Source: a bacterium (lineage in GTDB: Bacteria > Hydrothermota > 32-111). From it: 25,670 bases of DNA. Shown here in pieces: positions 17,123 through 25,056 of this stretch. The stretch covers positions 5,799 through 31,468 of the forward strand of contig JBFXGO010000028.1 of the NCBI GenBank assembly GCA_050239825.1. Direction: 5' to 3'. The notes under the pieces are model-generated. The model was not told where the DNA came from. It did no database searches and was given only the letters and a program-made list of their open reading frames with translations. Within the stretch, counting starts at the first letter, position 1, and the number at the start of each line of letters is the position of its first letter. Made by a program: the position numbers and the translations under genes.

Positions 17123-17497
17123 CTAATTTTTGCCCTGCTTGTCGCCGTTGTTCTTTCTTTCGGATTTTCCATTTGCATTGTAATCATTCTTGTTTTGGTT
17201 TCTTGTCTGATTCTGGTTTCTGTTCTGGTACATGTTTTTGTCTCCGTCTCCATCCTTCGCATTGTCGCATATTCCATCTCCGTCTTCATCAATGAAATTC
17301 TGCTCCTGATTCTTGACTCTGTTCTGCTCTTCATTTTTGTTCTGCTCTTTATTCTGAGTTGTTCCTTCATTCTTCTCTTTTTCGGCATTGAGTTCTTCCT
17401 GTTTTTCAAGGTTCATCTCTTTGTTCTCTTCGGCAAAGACAAATACGCTTGTCAGTATCAGAGCCGCCGTGAGAAGAATTGCAAATATTTTTTTCAT
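17123..17497 (-). CDS. Small secreted low-complexity (N/Q/E/K-rich) protein with one FIDEDGDGICDN motif
   Basis: SD AAGGAGG, signal peptide MKKIFAILLTAALILTSVFVFA, hydrophilic mature part. Confidence 0.85.
   Translation of the reverse strand: MKKIFAILLTAALILTSVFVFAEENKEMNLEKQEELNAEKEKNEGTTQNKEQNKNEEQNRVKNQEQNFIDEDGDGICDNAKDGDGDKNMYQNRNQNQTRNQNKNDYNANGKSERKNNGDKQGKN
17262..17290. repeat. 29-bp direct repeat, copy 2
   Basis: TTGTCGCATATTCCATCTCCGTCTTCATC; 700 bp from copy 1. Confidence 0.9.
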
Positions 17498-17528
17498 TCT
17501 GCCTCCTTGTTTGGTTGACCATTACCAA

Positions 17529-17545
17529 AGCAACCTGTGTGCCAA
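17529..17545 (-). promoter_or_regulatory. Sigma54 (-24/-12) promoter of the envelope operon
   Basis: Minus strand reads TTGGCACACAGGTTGCT, matching the consensus TGGCAC-N5-TTGC, 31 nt upstream of the ATG at 17497. Confidence 0.85.
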
Positions 17546-17603
17546 ACAAAAAAGCCCCTGTTTTACGCAACTTACAAAATTTCCATCCAACAGAAAGGTT
17601 ACA

Positions 17604-17627
17604 AAAATGTAAATAAAATTACATTTT
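17604..17627. promoter_or_regulatory. Inverted repeat, candidate enhancer (UAS) for a sigma54 activator
   Basis: AAAATGTAA-N6-TTACATTTT, a perfect 9-bp IR about 100 bp upstream of the predicted transcription start; contains TGT-N10-ACA. Confidence 0.55.
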
Positions 17628-17629
17628 CG

Positions 17630-18517
17630 TCACTTTGAGTTCTTGTGAGTGATGAAGAGGCCTACAATTATCAGAACGGATGAGATAAGCATGGAGATTT
17701 TCGGCATGGCGGATGATATAATCAGCTCTGCAATAATCGTAAAAATAGGAATCGTGTAGATAAAACTGTTCACCATCTTTTCATCATACTCCTTTAGAGC
17801 CTTGTTCCAAAGTACATACGCGAATGAAGAGCAGATTACTGCGAGATATATTACGGAAATCCATGTCATTACGGATATTTTCATCAAACAGACTCCGCCC
17901 CTCATCTCAAAGAGCATGAAAGGAATAAAAGACAAAGCGCCGTAATATGTCATCTCCTTTGTAACAGAGAGGGTGGATAGTTTGGTTTGCTTTTTCTTGG
18001 ATATGTATGTGAAGACAACCCATGAAAATACCGGCACAAACATAACAAGGTCGCCTTTGACATTAACCTCTTTAATGAATGAAAATCCGAAAATGAGAAA
18101 GTAAATTCCTATAAAACTTATAACAACACCCAAAATCATCATCAGGGATGGCTTTCTCCTGTAAATAATCCTCTCTGCAAGGAGTGTGAAAATCGGAATT
18201 GTTGAGACAATCAGTGAACCGTTTGAGGAGGATGTGTGCTGAAGTCCGTAATTCTCTCCCACAAAATAGAGTGTGACTCCGAAAAAACCCATGAAAAAGA
18301 GTACAACCTTCTCCTTTGATGATATCTTCTCGACAGGTTTCTCTTTCTTTATAAGAGTCACGGCTTCCAAGACAAGATATGCAATCAAAAATCTGATGAA
18401 TCCGAGAGTTGACGGAGGAATCTCTCTTACGGCTTGTTTTGTTGCAATAAATGAGACGCCCCATATAACTGCGGGAATGAGACCATACACATAAACCATT
18501 CTTCTGCTTTTATTCAT
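17630..18517 (-). CDS. DMT superfamily (EamA) transporter
   Basis: IWGVSFIATK...IPPSTLGFIRF, GLQHTSSSNGSLIVSTIPIFT, GDL, YLAVICSSFAYVLWN; about 10 TM helices in two repeats. Confidence 0.93.
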   Translation of the reverse strand: MNKSRRMVYVYGLIPAVIWGVSFIATKQAVREIPPSTLGFIRFLIAYLVLEAVTLIKKEKPVEKISSKEKVVLFFMGFFGVTLYFVGENYGLQHTSSSNGSLIVSTIPIFTLLAERIIYRRKPSLMMILGVVISFIGIYFLIFGFSFIKEVNVKGDLVMFVPVFSWVVFTYISKKKQTKLSTLSVTKEMTYYGALSFIPFMLFEMRGGVCLMKISVMTWISVIYLAVICSSFAYVLWNKALKEYDEKMVNSFIYTIPIFTIIAELIISSAMPKISMLISSVLIIVGLFITHKNSK

Positions 18518-18583
18518 GGATATATTTATAATGATTTATGACTTATAGTCAACAGGTAAAAAATAGATTCTATTAAGACAAAA

Positions 18584-18907
18584 CTATGCTTTTAATAATG
18601 TAATTTCTTTATTCTTTTCGTGTTTTGATTTCGGATAGACCTTTATTTCCAATCCCATTCCAATTTCTTCAATATATTTAATCAATGTAGAAATTTTTAT
18701 ATCTTTTCTTGATTCTATCCTTGAAATACTTGATTGAGAAAATGCTTTAACATTTTTTTGCTTTATTCCCATCATTTTTCTTATCTCGGACAATTCAATC
18801 TTAAAAATCTCTTCCATTGCATTTTTTGATGCTCTTTCAACTCGTTCCTTTGGAAGCATTTCGGATAATTCATCAATAAAATCTCTTTTTGCCTTTTTCT
18901 TATTCAT
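18584..18907 (-). CDS. XRE/HTH antitoxin (HigA-like)
   Basis: LSEIRKMMGIKQ...SQSSISRIESRKDIKISTLIKYIEEIG. Lies downstream of the toxin with an ATGA overlap. Confidence 0.85.
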   Translation of the reverse strand: MNKKKAKRDFIDELSEMLPKERVERASKNAMEEIFKIELSEIRKMMGIKQKNVKAFSQSSISRIESRKDIKISTLIKYIEEIGMGLEIKVYPKSKHEKNKEITLLKA

Positions 18908-19251
18908 TTTTTCTCCATTTTTCTTAAATATTTATCAAACAATTCGTCAGCAATAGGAATCATTTCTTTATAAAATTTTTTCTTTCCTCTTTTATCTCCT
19001 CCTATCAGAAGCACCGCTTTTCTTTCACGATTAAAGGCAAAGAAAATTCTATAAACTCTCTTTTTATTTTGCACTCTTAATTCTTTCATATTCTTATGTC
19101 TGCTTTCATAAACCGAATCTACATAAGGTCTGCCCGGCTGAGGACCAAATCGGCTTAACACCTTAAGATTTTTTAAGATTGCCTCCTTTGCATCATCATC
19201 TAAGGTCTTTATCCAAGTAATAAGTTCCTCAGTTCTTTCAATAAACCACAT
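18904..19251 (-). CDS. Type II toxin, RelE/ParE superfamily (Gp49/HigB-like)
   Basis: FGPQPGRPYVDSV...KNMKELRVQ...YRIFFAF...AVLLIGGDK...FYKEMIPIADELF. Toxin-before-antitoxin order. ATG at 19251. Confidence 0.88.
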   Translation of the reverse strand: MWFIERTEELITWIKTLDDDAKEAILKNLKVLSRFGPQPGRPYVDSVYESRHKNMKELRVQNKKRVYRIFFAFNRERKAVLLIGGDKRGKKKFYKEMIPIADELFDKYLRKMEKK

Positions 19252-19256
19252 AATCA

Positions 19257-19294
19257 AATATAACACTTTTGAAATATGCTGTCAAGTGCATATT
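19257..19294 (-). promoter_or_regulatory. Sigma70 promoter of the TA operon with an overlapping inverted-repeat operator
   Basis: TTGACA(19285-19280)-N17-TATATT(19262-19257); IR AATATGC-N8-GCATATT (19273-19294) brackets the -35. Confidence 0.75.
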
Positions 19295-19380
19295 CTAAAC
19301 TTCTCAACATCTATATTTTCAAATGGAAAATGTTTATTTATTTCACATTGTTAACAGTATCGCAGTTTGTGCTTTGAGGC

Positions 19381-19409
19381 TTGACAACAAATTGTTTTGG
19401 ATTTATAAT
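19381..19409 (+). promoter_or_regulatory. Consensus sigma70 promoter of the cas operon
   Basis: TTGACA-N17-TATAAT, an exact consensus match 78 nt upstream of the cas3 ATG. Confidence 0.8.
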
Positions 19410-19487
19410 TTTTTTATCTTTCAGAAATTAATTTTGACCAATAGTGTTGGATTTGATTTTTTGAGATGCCGGGAAATAGGAGAATAT

Positions 19488-21734
19488 ATGGAAGAAAAAA
19501 TTAAATCATATTTTGCTCACTCATTGCCAAACCAACCACAATCCACTTGGCAATTATTAAAAGACCATTTAAATGAAACCGCCAATCTTTCCAAATCCTT
19601 TGCAGATAAATTTGACAGCGGTAATTTTGGTTATTTAATCGGTTTATTTCATGATATTGGAAAATATTCCGAAAAGTTTCAAAATCGTTTAACAGGTTCA
19701 AATGTGAAAGTGGATCATTCAAGCGCGGGTGCAAAGGAAATTTATAATTTATTTTCAGAATATAAGAATGCCAATAAGATATTATCTTATCCTATAGCAG
19801 GACATCACGGTGGGTTGCCGAATGGGAAAGATAATACTGAATATGATTTAATGACAAGAATATCTTCAAAACAATTGGAAGATTATTGTTATTGGAAAAA
19901 AGATATAGTTTTACCAAGAATATCTAATGAGGAGTGGAAACATTGTGTAACTTCTTTGAAACGAAGTAATAATCAAAACTCGGCTTTCGCTTTCTCGTTG
20001 CTTATTAGGATGTTATTTTCGTGTCTTGTTGATGCAGATAGATTAAACACTGAATCTGTAACATCTTTTGAAAATTCATTAAAAAGAGATTTTTATCCTT
20101 CGCTAATCTCTTTAAAGGCAAAATTTGATGAATATTTAAAATATTTTGAGAATATAGAAAATTCATTGGTTAACCAGCAAAGAAAGGAAGTGTTGATAAA
20201 GTGCATTAAAAAAGCAAATTTATCAAGAGGTATATATTCTCTAACAGTCCCTACGGGTGGCGGAAAAACTTTGTCATCAATGGCTTTTGCGCTTAATCAT
20301 GCAATAAAATATGGTTTGGATCGCATCATATATGTTATTCCATATACAAGTATAATTGAACAGAATGCGGCTATTTTTAGAGAAGCTTTTGGAGATTTAG
20401 GATATAGTGTTTTAGAACATCATAGTAATTTTGACCAAGCTAAATTGAATTATGAGGACGATTATGATGTTCAATCTTGGGAACTATCAGTAGAAAATTG
20501 GGATGCACCGATTGTTGTCACAACCAATGTCCAGTTTTTTGAATCTTTATTTAGCAATAATTCATCAAGATGTAGAAAACTACACAATATTGCCAATAGT
20601 GTTGTAATTTTAGATGAGGTTCAAATGCTTCCGGTTAATTTATTATACCCATGTATTAGAGCCATTGAAGAATTATCTGTTCGTTATAAAGCAACTATAC
20701 TTCTGTGTTCTGCAACCCAGCCGGCTCTTGAGAGCAGAACAAATTTCAATGGAATTAAATTCGATGAAAGTAAGGAGATAGTAGGAGATGAAAAAGTAGT
20801 TGATAAATTATTTAAAGATTTAGAGAGAGTAAAAATTGCTATACTGCAAGAAAATCAAACAGATGAATCTCTCTCAAATAAAATCAAACAGCACAATCAA
20901 GTATTATGCATAGTTAATACCCGTGGAAGAGCTAAGAGAGTATACGAATTGCTAAAAAATGAATCTTCTAAGCACATTTTCCATCTTTCGGCAAATATGT
21001 GTGCTGAACATCGCACTGAAAAATTGCGAGAAATTGAATTAGCACTTAAAAAGAGCGAAAATTGCATTGTGATAAGCACACAGGTTATTGAAGCAGGAGT
21101 TGATATTGATTTTCCAGTTGTTTATCGCGAAATTAGCGGAATTGATTCAATTGCGCAGGCGGCAGGTAGATGTAATAGAGAGGGTAAGCAGAAATTCGGA
21201 TATGTTTATGTTTTTGAACACGAAAAAGGTGTGCCGGCAATATTTCGTCAACAAACCGATTGCTCTTTAGAGGTAATGCGTCATCATGAAAACATTTTAT
21301 CTCTTTCGGCTATTAAAGAGTATTTTGAACTCTACTATTGGAGAAAGGGAGATAAGTGTGATAGTCAAAATTTAATGGAACTAATAGCGAGTGAAATTAC
21401 AGAAGTTAATATTCCATTCAGAGATATTTCTGAAAAATTTAAAATAATAGACGATTATTCCATTCCTGTTTTAATACCGTGGGGCAAAGAAAAAGATTTA
21501 ATTAAAAGCTTAAAAGAAGATGATTTTGATAAGAAACTATTGCGCAAATTGCAACGGTTTATAGTGAATGTTACTCCTAACATATTTAACAAACACAGGA
21601 GTATATCTATTGAATATATTATTCCTGAAAAAGAACAATATGCAGTTCTTTTGAATGAGTCCATATATAGTGCTGAATGCGGACTGTTGGTAGATGATCC
21701 CTATTATCGAAAAGAAGAGCAGAATATTGTATAG
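19488..21734 (+). CDS. cas3: CRISPR-associated nuclease/helicase Cas3 (type I-C)
   Basis: YFAHS, LKDHL, FHDIGK, AGHHGGL, LVDADRL (HD domain); VPTGGGKT, LDEVQ, CSATQP, QAAGRCNREG (SF2 helicase). SD AGGAG before the ATG at 19488. Confidence 0.97.
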   Translation: MEEKIKSYFAHSLPNQPQSTWQLLKDHLNETANLSKSFADKFDSGNFGYLIGLFHDIGKYSEKFQNRLTGSNVKVDHSSAGAKEIYNLFSEYKNANKILSYPIAGHHGGLPNGKDNTEYDLMTRISSKQLEDYCYWKKDIVLPRISNEEWKHCVTSLKRSNNQNSAFAFSLLIRMLFSCLVDADRLNTESVTSFENSLKRDFYPSLISLKAKFDEYLKYFENIENSLVNQQRKEVLIKCIKKANLSRGIYSLTVPTGGGKTLSSMAFALNHAIKYGLDRIIYVIPYTSIIEQNAAIFREAFGDLGYSVLEHHSNFDQAKLNYEDDYDVQSWELSVENWDAPIVVTTNVQFFESLFSNNSSRCRKLHNIANSVVILDEVQMLPVNLLYPCIRAIEELSVRYKATILLCSATQPALESRTNFNGIKFDESKEIVGDEKVVDKLFKDLERVKIAILQENQTDESLSNKIKQHNQVLCIVNTRGRAKRVYELLKNESSKHIFHLSANMCAEHRTEKLREIELALKKSENCIVISTQVIEAGVDIDFPVVYREISGIDSIAQAAGRCNREGKQKFGYVYVFEHEKGVPAIFRQQTDCSLEVMRHHENILSLSAIKEYFELYYWRKGDKCDSQNLMELIASEITEVNIPFRDISEKFKIIDDYSIPVLIPWGKEKDLIKSLKEDDFDKKLLRKLQRFIVNVTPNIFNKHRSISIEYIIPEKEQYAVLLNESIYSAECGLLVDDPYYRKEEQNIV

Positions 21735-21753
21735 AATGTAAGGAGGTGTCAAA

Positions 21754-22404
21754 ATGTATGGTGTTAAATTAAGGATATGGGGTGATTACGGATGTTTCAC
21801 TCGACCTGAAATGAAAGTCGAACGAGTGTCTTATGATGTTATAACTCCATCTGCATCTCGAGGAATTTTAGAGGCGATTTACTGGAAACCTGAAATAAAA
21901 TGGGTAATAGATAAAATTCATGTCTTAAAACCTATAAAATTTACAAATATTAGACGAAATGAATTAAGCAGTAAAATATCTGTTAGTAATGTAAAAAGCG
22001 CTATGAAAAACGGATTTATGGAATCTCTGTTTATTGAAGATGAAAGACAGCAAAGAGCGGCAATGGTTTTAAAAAATGTAGAGTATGTCATTGAAGCTCA
22101 TTTTGAAATTATAAGTGGTGACCCAAATGAAGGCAAACACCTTGACCAATTCAATCGTAGAGCAAAAAAAGGACAATGTTATCATCAACCGGTTCTTGGT
22201 TGCCGAGAATTTTCAGCAAATTTTGAATTAGTTGATAATGATATACCTAATGCAATTGATGAAACTCGTGATTTAAGTTGGATGCTTTATGATATGGATT
22301 TTGCATCTAATCTGACAGAACCACCGGCACTATTTTATTATGTAAAAATGGTTAAGGGAATCATTGATGTTCAGAAATGTCTTAAAGAATCTGAAAGGAG
22401 GTGA
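21754..22404 (+). CDS. cas5: Type I-C Cas5 (Cas5c/Cas5d)
   Basis: WGDYGCFTRPEMKVERVSYDVITPSASRGILEAIYWKP...IRRNE...LGCREF; SD AAGGAGG. Confidence 0.97.
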   Translation: MYGVKLRIWGDYGCFTRPEMKVERVSYDVITPSASRGILEAIYWKPEIKWVIDKIHVLKPIKFTNIRRNELSSKISVSNVKSAMKNGFMESLFIEDERQQRAAMVLKNVEYVIEAHFEIISGDPNEGKHLDQFNRRAKKGQCYHQPVLGCREFSANFELVDNDIPNAIDETRDLSWMLYDMDFASNLTEPPALFYYVKMVKGIIDVQKCLKESERR

Positions 22405-22409
22405 TGAAC

Positions 22410-24107
22410 ATGATTTTACAGGCATTAAATCAGTATTATGACAGGTTGAAAGAAGACCCTGAAAGTGGTGTTCCTTTAAGTGGCTTTAGTAGAGAAAAAT
22501 TTTCTTTTGAACTTGTTATTGATAATAATGGCAATTTGTTACAGGTTGCTGATATAAGAGGATCTTCACAAAAAGGGAAGCAAATTCCAAAACTATTAGT
22601 AGTACCACAAGGAACAAAAAAATCGGTTAATATTTCTGCAAATTTTTTGTGGGGGAATACCGGTTACGTTCTTGGAATTGATTCAAAAGGCAAACAAAAA
22701 AGAACAGTAGAAACATTTATAGATTTTAAAAAGTTGGCACACGAAATTGGAGATAATATTAATGACTTGGAAATGGAGGCTGTTCTTAAATTCTTAGATA
22801 ATTGGAATCCCGATGATCCTAAATCTCAGAGCATGATTAAAGATGCAATTGATGCAAATTTGGTTTTTAGAATTGACGGATATTTATCTTATGTTCATGA
22901 AAATAAATTAGTAAAAGAAGCATGGTTGAAGCATTTTTCTCAAAAAAAGTCAGAATTTGTAGGAGAATGTCTTATTACAGGAAAAAAGAAAGAAATTACA
23001 CGTCTACACCCTGCTATTAAAGGTGTGAGAGGGGCACAATCCAGCGGTGCTAATATTGTTAATTTTAATTTGGATTCTTTCTGTTCTTACTCTAAATCGC
23101 AAGGTTTTAATGCTCCAGTATCCGAGGAAGCAACTTTTGCCTATACTACAGCTCTTAATTATTTATTAAGCATGGATAGTCGTAAAGTGCAGATTGGTGA
23201 CGCGACTACTGTTTTTTGGTCAGAAAAACCATCTGTTTTAGAAAACTTTCTTTCTGAGATATTCAATCCAACTCAAGAAGACGCTAACATAGTGGAAGAT
23301 GTTCGCAGATTTCTTGAAGCTGTTAGTACTGGAAATATGCCGAAAGCAATTGATGGAACAACTAAATTTTATATTCTTGGTCTTTCTCCAAACGCTTCTC
23401 GACTATCTGTTAGATTTTGGTATGAAGGAACAGTAGAAGAAGTTTCAAAGAGTATTGGCAAACATTTTCAAGACATTGCTATTGAAAAACAATCCGAAAA
23501 GGACAAGGAGTTTCCGGGCTTGTGGCATCTTCTTGTTCAAACTGCTGTACTTGGGAAAACAGATAATATCAACCCGCTTCTTAGTGGCGAATTAGCGCGA
23601 TCAATTTTAACTCAATGGCATTACCCTGAATGTATGTTGTCTGCCTTGATTGGCAGAATTCGTGCAGGTGAAAAAATCAATTACCTTCGTTCGGCAATGA
23701 TAAAAGGAATTTTAGTAAGAAACCATGGAAAGGAGGTTAGTATGTCATTGGATAAATCCAACAAAGAACCGGCTTATCTTCTTGGTAGATTATTCGCAGT
23801 TTTAGAAAAAGCTCAGCAAGATGCATTGGGAGATATAAATGCAACAATAAAGGATAGGTATTACTCCTCTGCTTCTGCAACCCCTCTTTCAACTTTCCCA
23901 ATATTATTAAGACTTAATAAACATCATACAAGTAAAGGAGAGCATGGCGGATTTTATGATTCTCTCAATGCGGAAATTTTAGAGCAATTACCAGCACAAA
24001 AGTTTCCAAGCCACTTTACACTTGAAGAACAAGGGCTTTTTGCTATCGGTTATTATCACCAAAGAAATGACTTTTATAAAAAGAAAGAAACAAAGCATGA
24101 GGGATAA
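22410..24107 (+). CDS. cas8c: Type I-C large subunit Cas8c (Csd1)
   Basis: MILQALNQYY, ANFLWGNTGYVLG, CLITG...RLHPAIKG, ILGLSPNASRLSVRF, YLLGRLFAVLE, FAIGYYHQ; SD AAAGGAGG. Confidence 0.96.
   Translation: MILQALNQYYDRLKEDPESGVPLSGFSREKFSFELVIDNNGNLLQVADIRGSSQKGKQIPKLLVVPQGTKKSVNISANFLWGNTGYVLGIDSKGKQKRTVETFIDFKKLAHEIGDNINDLEMEAVLKFLDNWNPDDPKSQSMIKDAIDANLVFRIDGYLSYVHENKLVKEAWLKHFSQKKSEFVGECLITGKKKEITRLHPAIKGVRGAQSSGANIVNFNLDSFCSYSKSQGFNAPVSEEATFAYTTALNYLLSMDSRKVQIGDATTVFWSEKPSVLENFLSEIFNPTQEDANIVEDVRRFLEAVSTGNMPKAIDGTTKFYILGLSPNASRLSVRFWYEGTVEEVSKSIGKHFQDIAIEKQSEKDKEFPGLWHLLVQTAVLGKTDNINPLLSGELARSILTQWHYPECMLSALIGRIRAGEKINYLRSAMIKGILVRNHGKEVSMSLDKSNKEPAYLLGRLFAVLEKAQQDALGDINATIKDRYYSSASATPLSTFPILLRLNKHHTSKGEHGGFYDSLNAEILEQLPAQKFPSHFTLEEQGLFAIGYYHQRNDFYKKKETKHEG
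23742..24107 (+). CDS. cas11: Cas11 small subunit, by in-frame internal translation start within cas8c (121 aa)
   Basis: SD AAGGAGGT at 23730-23737 inside cas8c, followed by an in-frame ATG (MSLDKSNKEPAYLLGRLF). This is the position known for type I-C internal Cas11 starts. Confidence 0.8.
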   Translation: MSLDKSNKEPAYLLGRLFAVLEKAQQDALGDINATIKDRYYSSASATPLSTFPILLRLNKHHTSKGEHGGFYDSLNAEILEQLPAQKFPSHFTLEEQGLFAIGYYHQRNDFYKKKETKHEG

Positions 24108-24143
24108 ATTATATTTAGAAATTTTTACGAAAGGAGGTTTGAA

Positions 24144-25040
24144 ATGTCAAATGAAGTAATTAAAAACCGTTATGAATTCGTTTATCTTTTTGATGTCGAA
24201 AACGGCAATCCCAATGGTGACCCAGATGCAGGTAATATGCCGCGAATTGACCCAGAGACAAACTATGGAATCGTAACAGATGTCTGTCTTAAAAGAAAAG
24301 TGAGAAATTATGTGCAGATAAAACAAAAAAATGAATCACCATGCAGAATTTACATAATGGAAAAATCCATATTAAATGATTTTCACAAAGAAGCTCATAA
24401 AGCTACAGGAGCAACAGCTCAAACTGAAAGTGATAAGGAAAAGGGGAAAAGAAAAGGTAGTGCTGATGAAGTTGAAAATGCTCGCAAATGGATGTGTGAC
24501 AATTTTTATGATGTGAGAACATTTGGAGCTGTAATGTCTACGGGTGTTAATTGTGGACAAGTTACGGGTCCAGTTCAATTAAATTTTGGAAAAAGTGTTG
24601 AACCTGTGCTTCCCTTAGAATTATCAATAACTAGAATGGCAGTCGCCACAGAAAAAGAAGCTGAAAGTCAAAAAGGTGATAATAGAACTATGGGGCGCAA
24701 ACATTTTGTTCCTTATGGACTTTATCGAGCTGAAGGATACATCTCTTCAAATTTTGCACAAAAAACCGGCTTTTCCGAGTCCGACCTTGATCTCTTTTGG
24801 GATGCACTTGAAAATATGTTTGAGCATGACCACTCAGCGGCGCGCGGAAAGATGAATGCAAGAAAATTAGTTATTTTCAAGCATCAGGATTCATTGGGAA
24901 ATGCTCCAGCACATAAATTATTTGATCTTGTTAAAATAACTCCTAATCACGGAGAAGCACCCGCGAGAAAGTATGAAGATTATAGAATAGAGGTAATAAA
25001 AAAAGTTCCTGATGGAGTTGAAATAATAGAAAAGTTTTAA
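24144..25040 (+). CDS. cas7: Type I-C backbone Cas7 (Csd2)
   Basis: NRYEFVYLFDVENGNPNGDPDAGNMPRID, VTDVCLKRKVRN, FYDVRTFGAVM, RTMGRK, FEHDHSAARG; SD AAAGGAGG. Confidence 0.97.
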   Translation: MSNEVIKNRYEFVYLFDVENGNPNGDPDAGNMPRIDPETNYGIVTDVCLKRKVRNYVQIKQKNESPCRIYIMEKSILNDFHKEAHKATGATAQTESDKEKGKRKGSADEVENARKWMCDNFYDVRTFGAVMSTGVNCGQVTGPVQLNFGKSVEPVLPLELSITRMAVATEKEAESQKGDNRTMGRKHFVPYGLYRAEGYISSNFAQKTGFSESDLDLFWDALENMFEHDHSAARGKMNARKLVIFKHQDSLGNAPAHKLFDLVKITPNHGEAPARKYEDYRIEVIKKVPDGVEIIEKF

Positions 25041-25056
25041 TTATGTGACACATATT

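Noticed and set aside
17089..17409. N-terminal extension of ORF 16486..17409 overlapping the 124-aa gene in the +1 frame (possible overlapping gene or programmed frameshift)
   Set aside because: The real gene there is hydrophilic, so T is rare at codon position 2 and the +1 frame stays open by composition. The extension is K/R/T/M-rich filler and a signal-like segment begins only at about 17088.
19323..19487. 55-aa N-terminal extension of Cas3 in the ORF track
   Set aside because: It spans a consensus promoter. The SD-supported ATG at 19488 lies just before the conserved YxAHS start of Cas3.
19295..19487. Possible CRISPR mini-array or CreA/CreR-like RNA; loose repeat TTGAC...TTGGATTT at 19381-19404 and 19434-19454
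   Set aside because: No GC-rich hairpin or ATTGAAA(C/T)-ending type I-C repeat is visible. The similarity is short and AT-rich, and the true repeat is not in the window for comparison.
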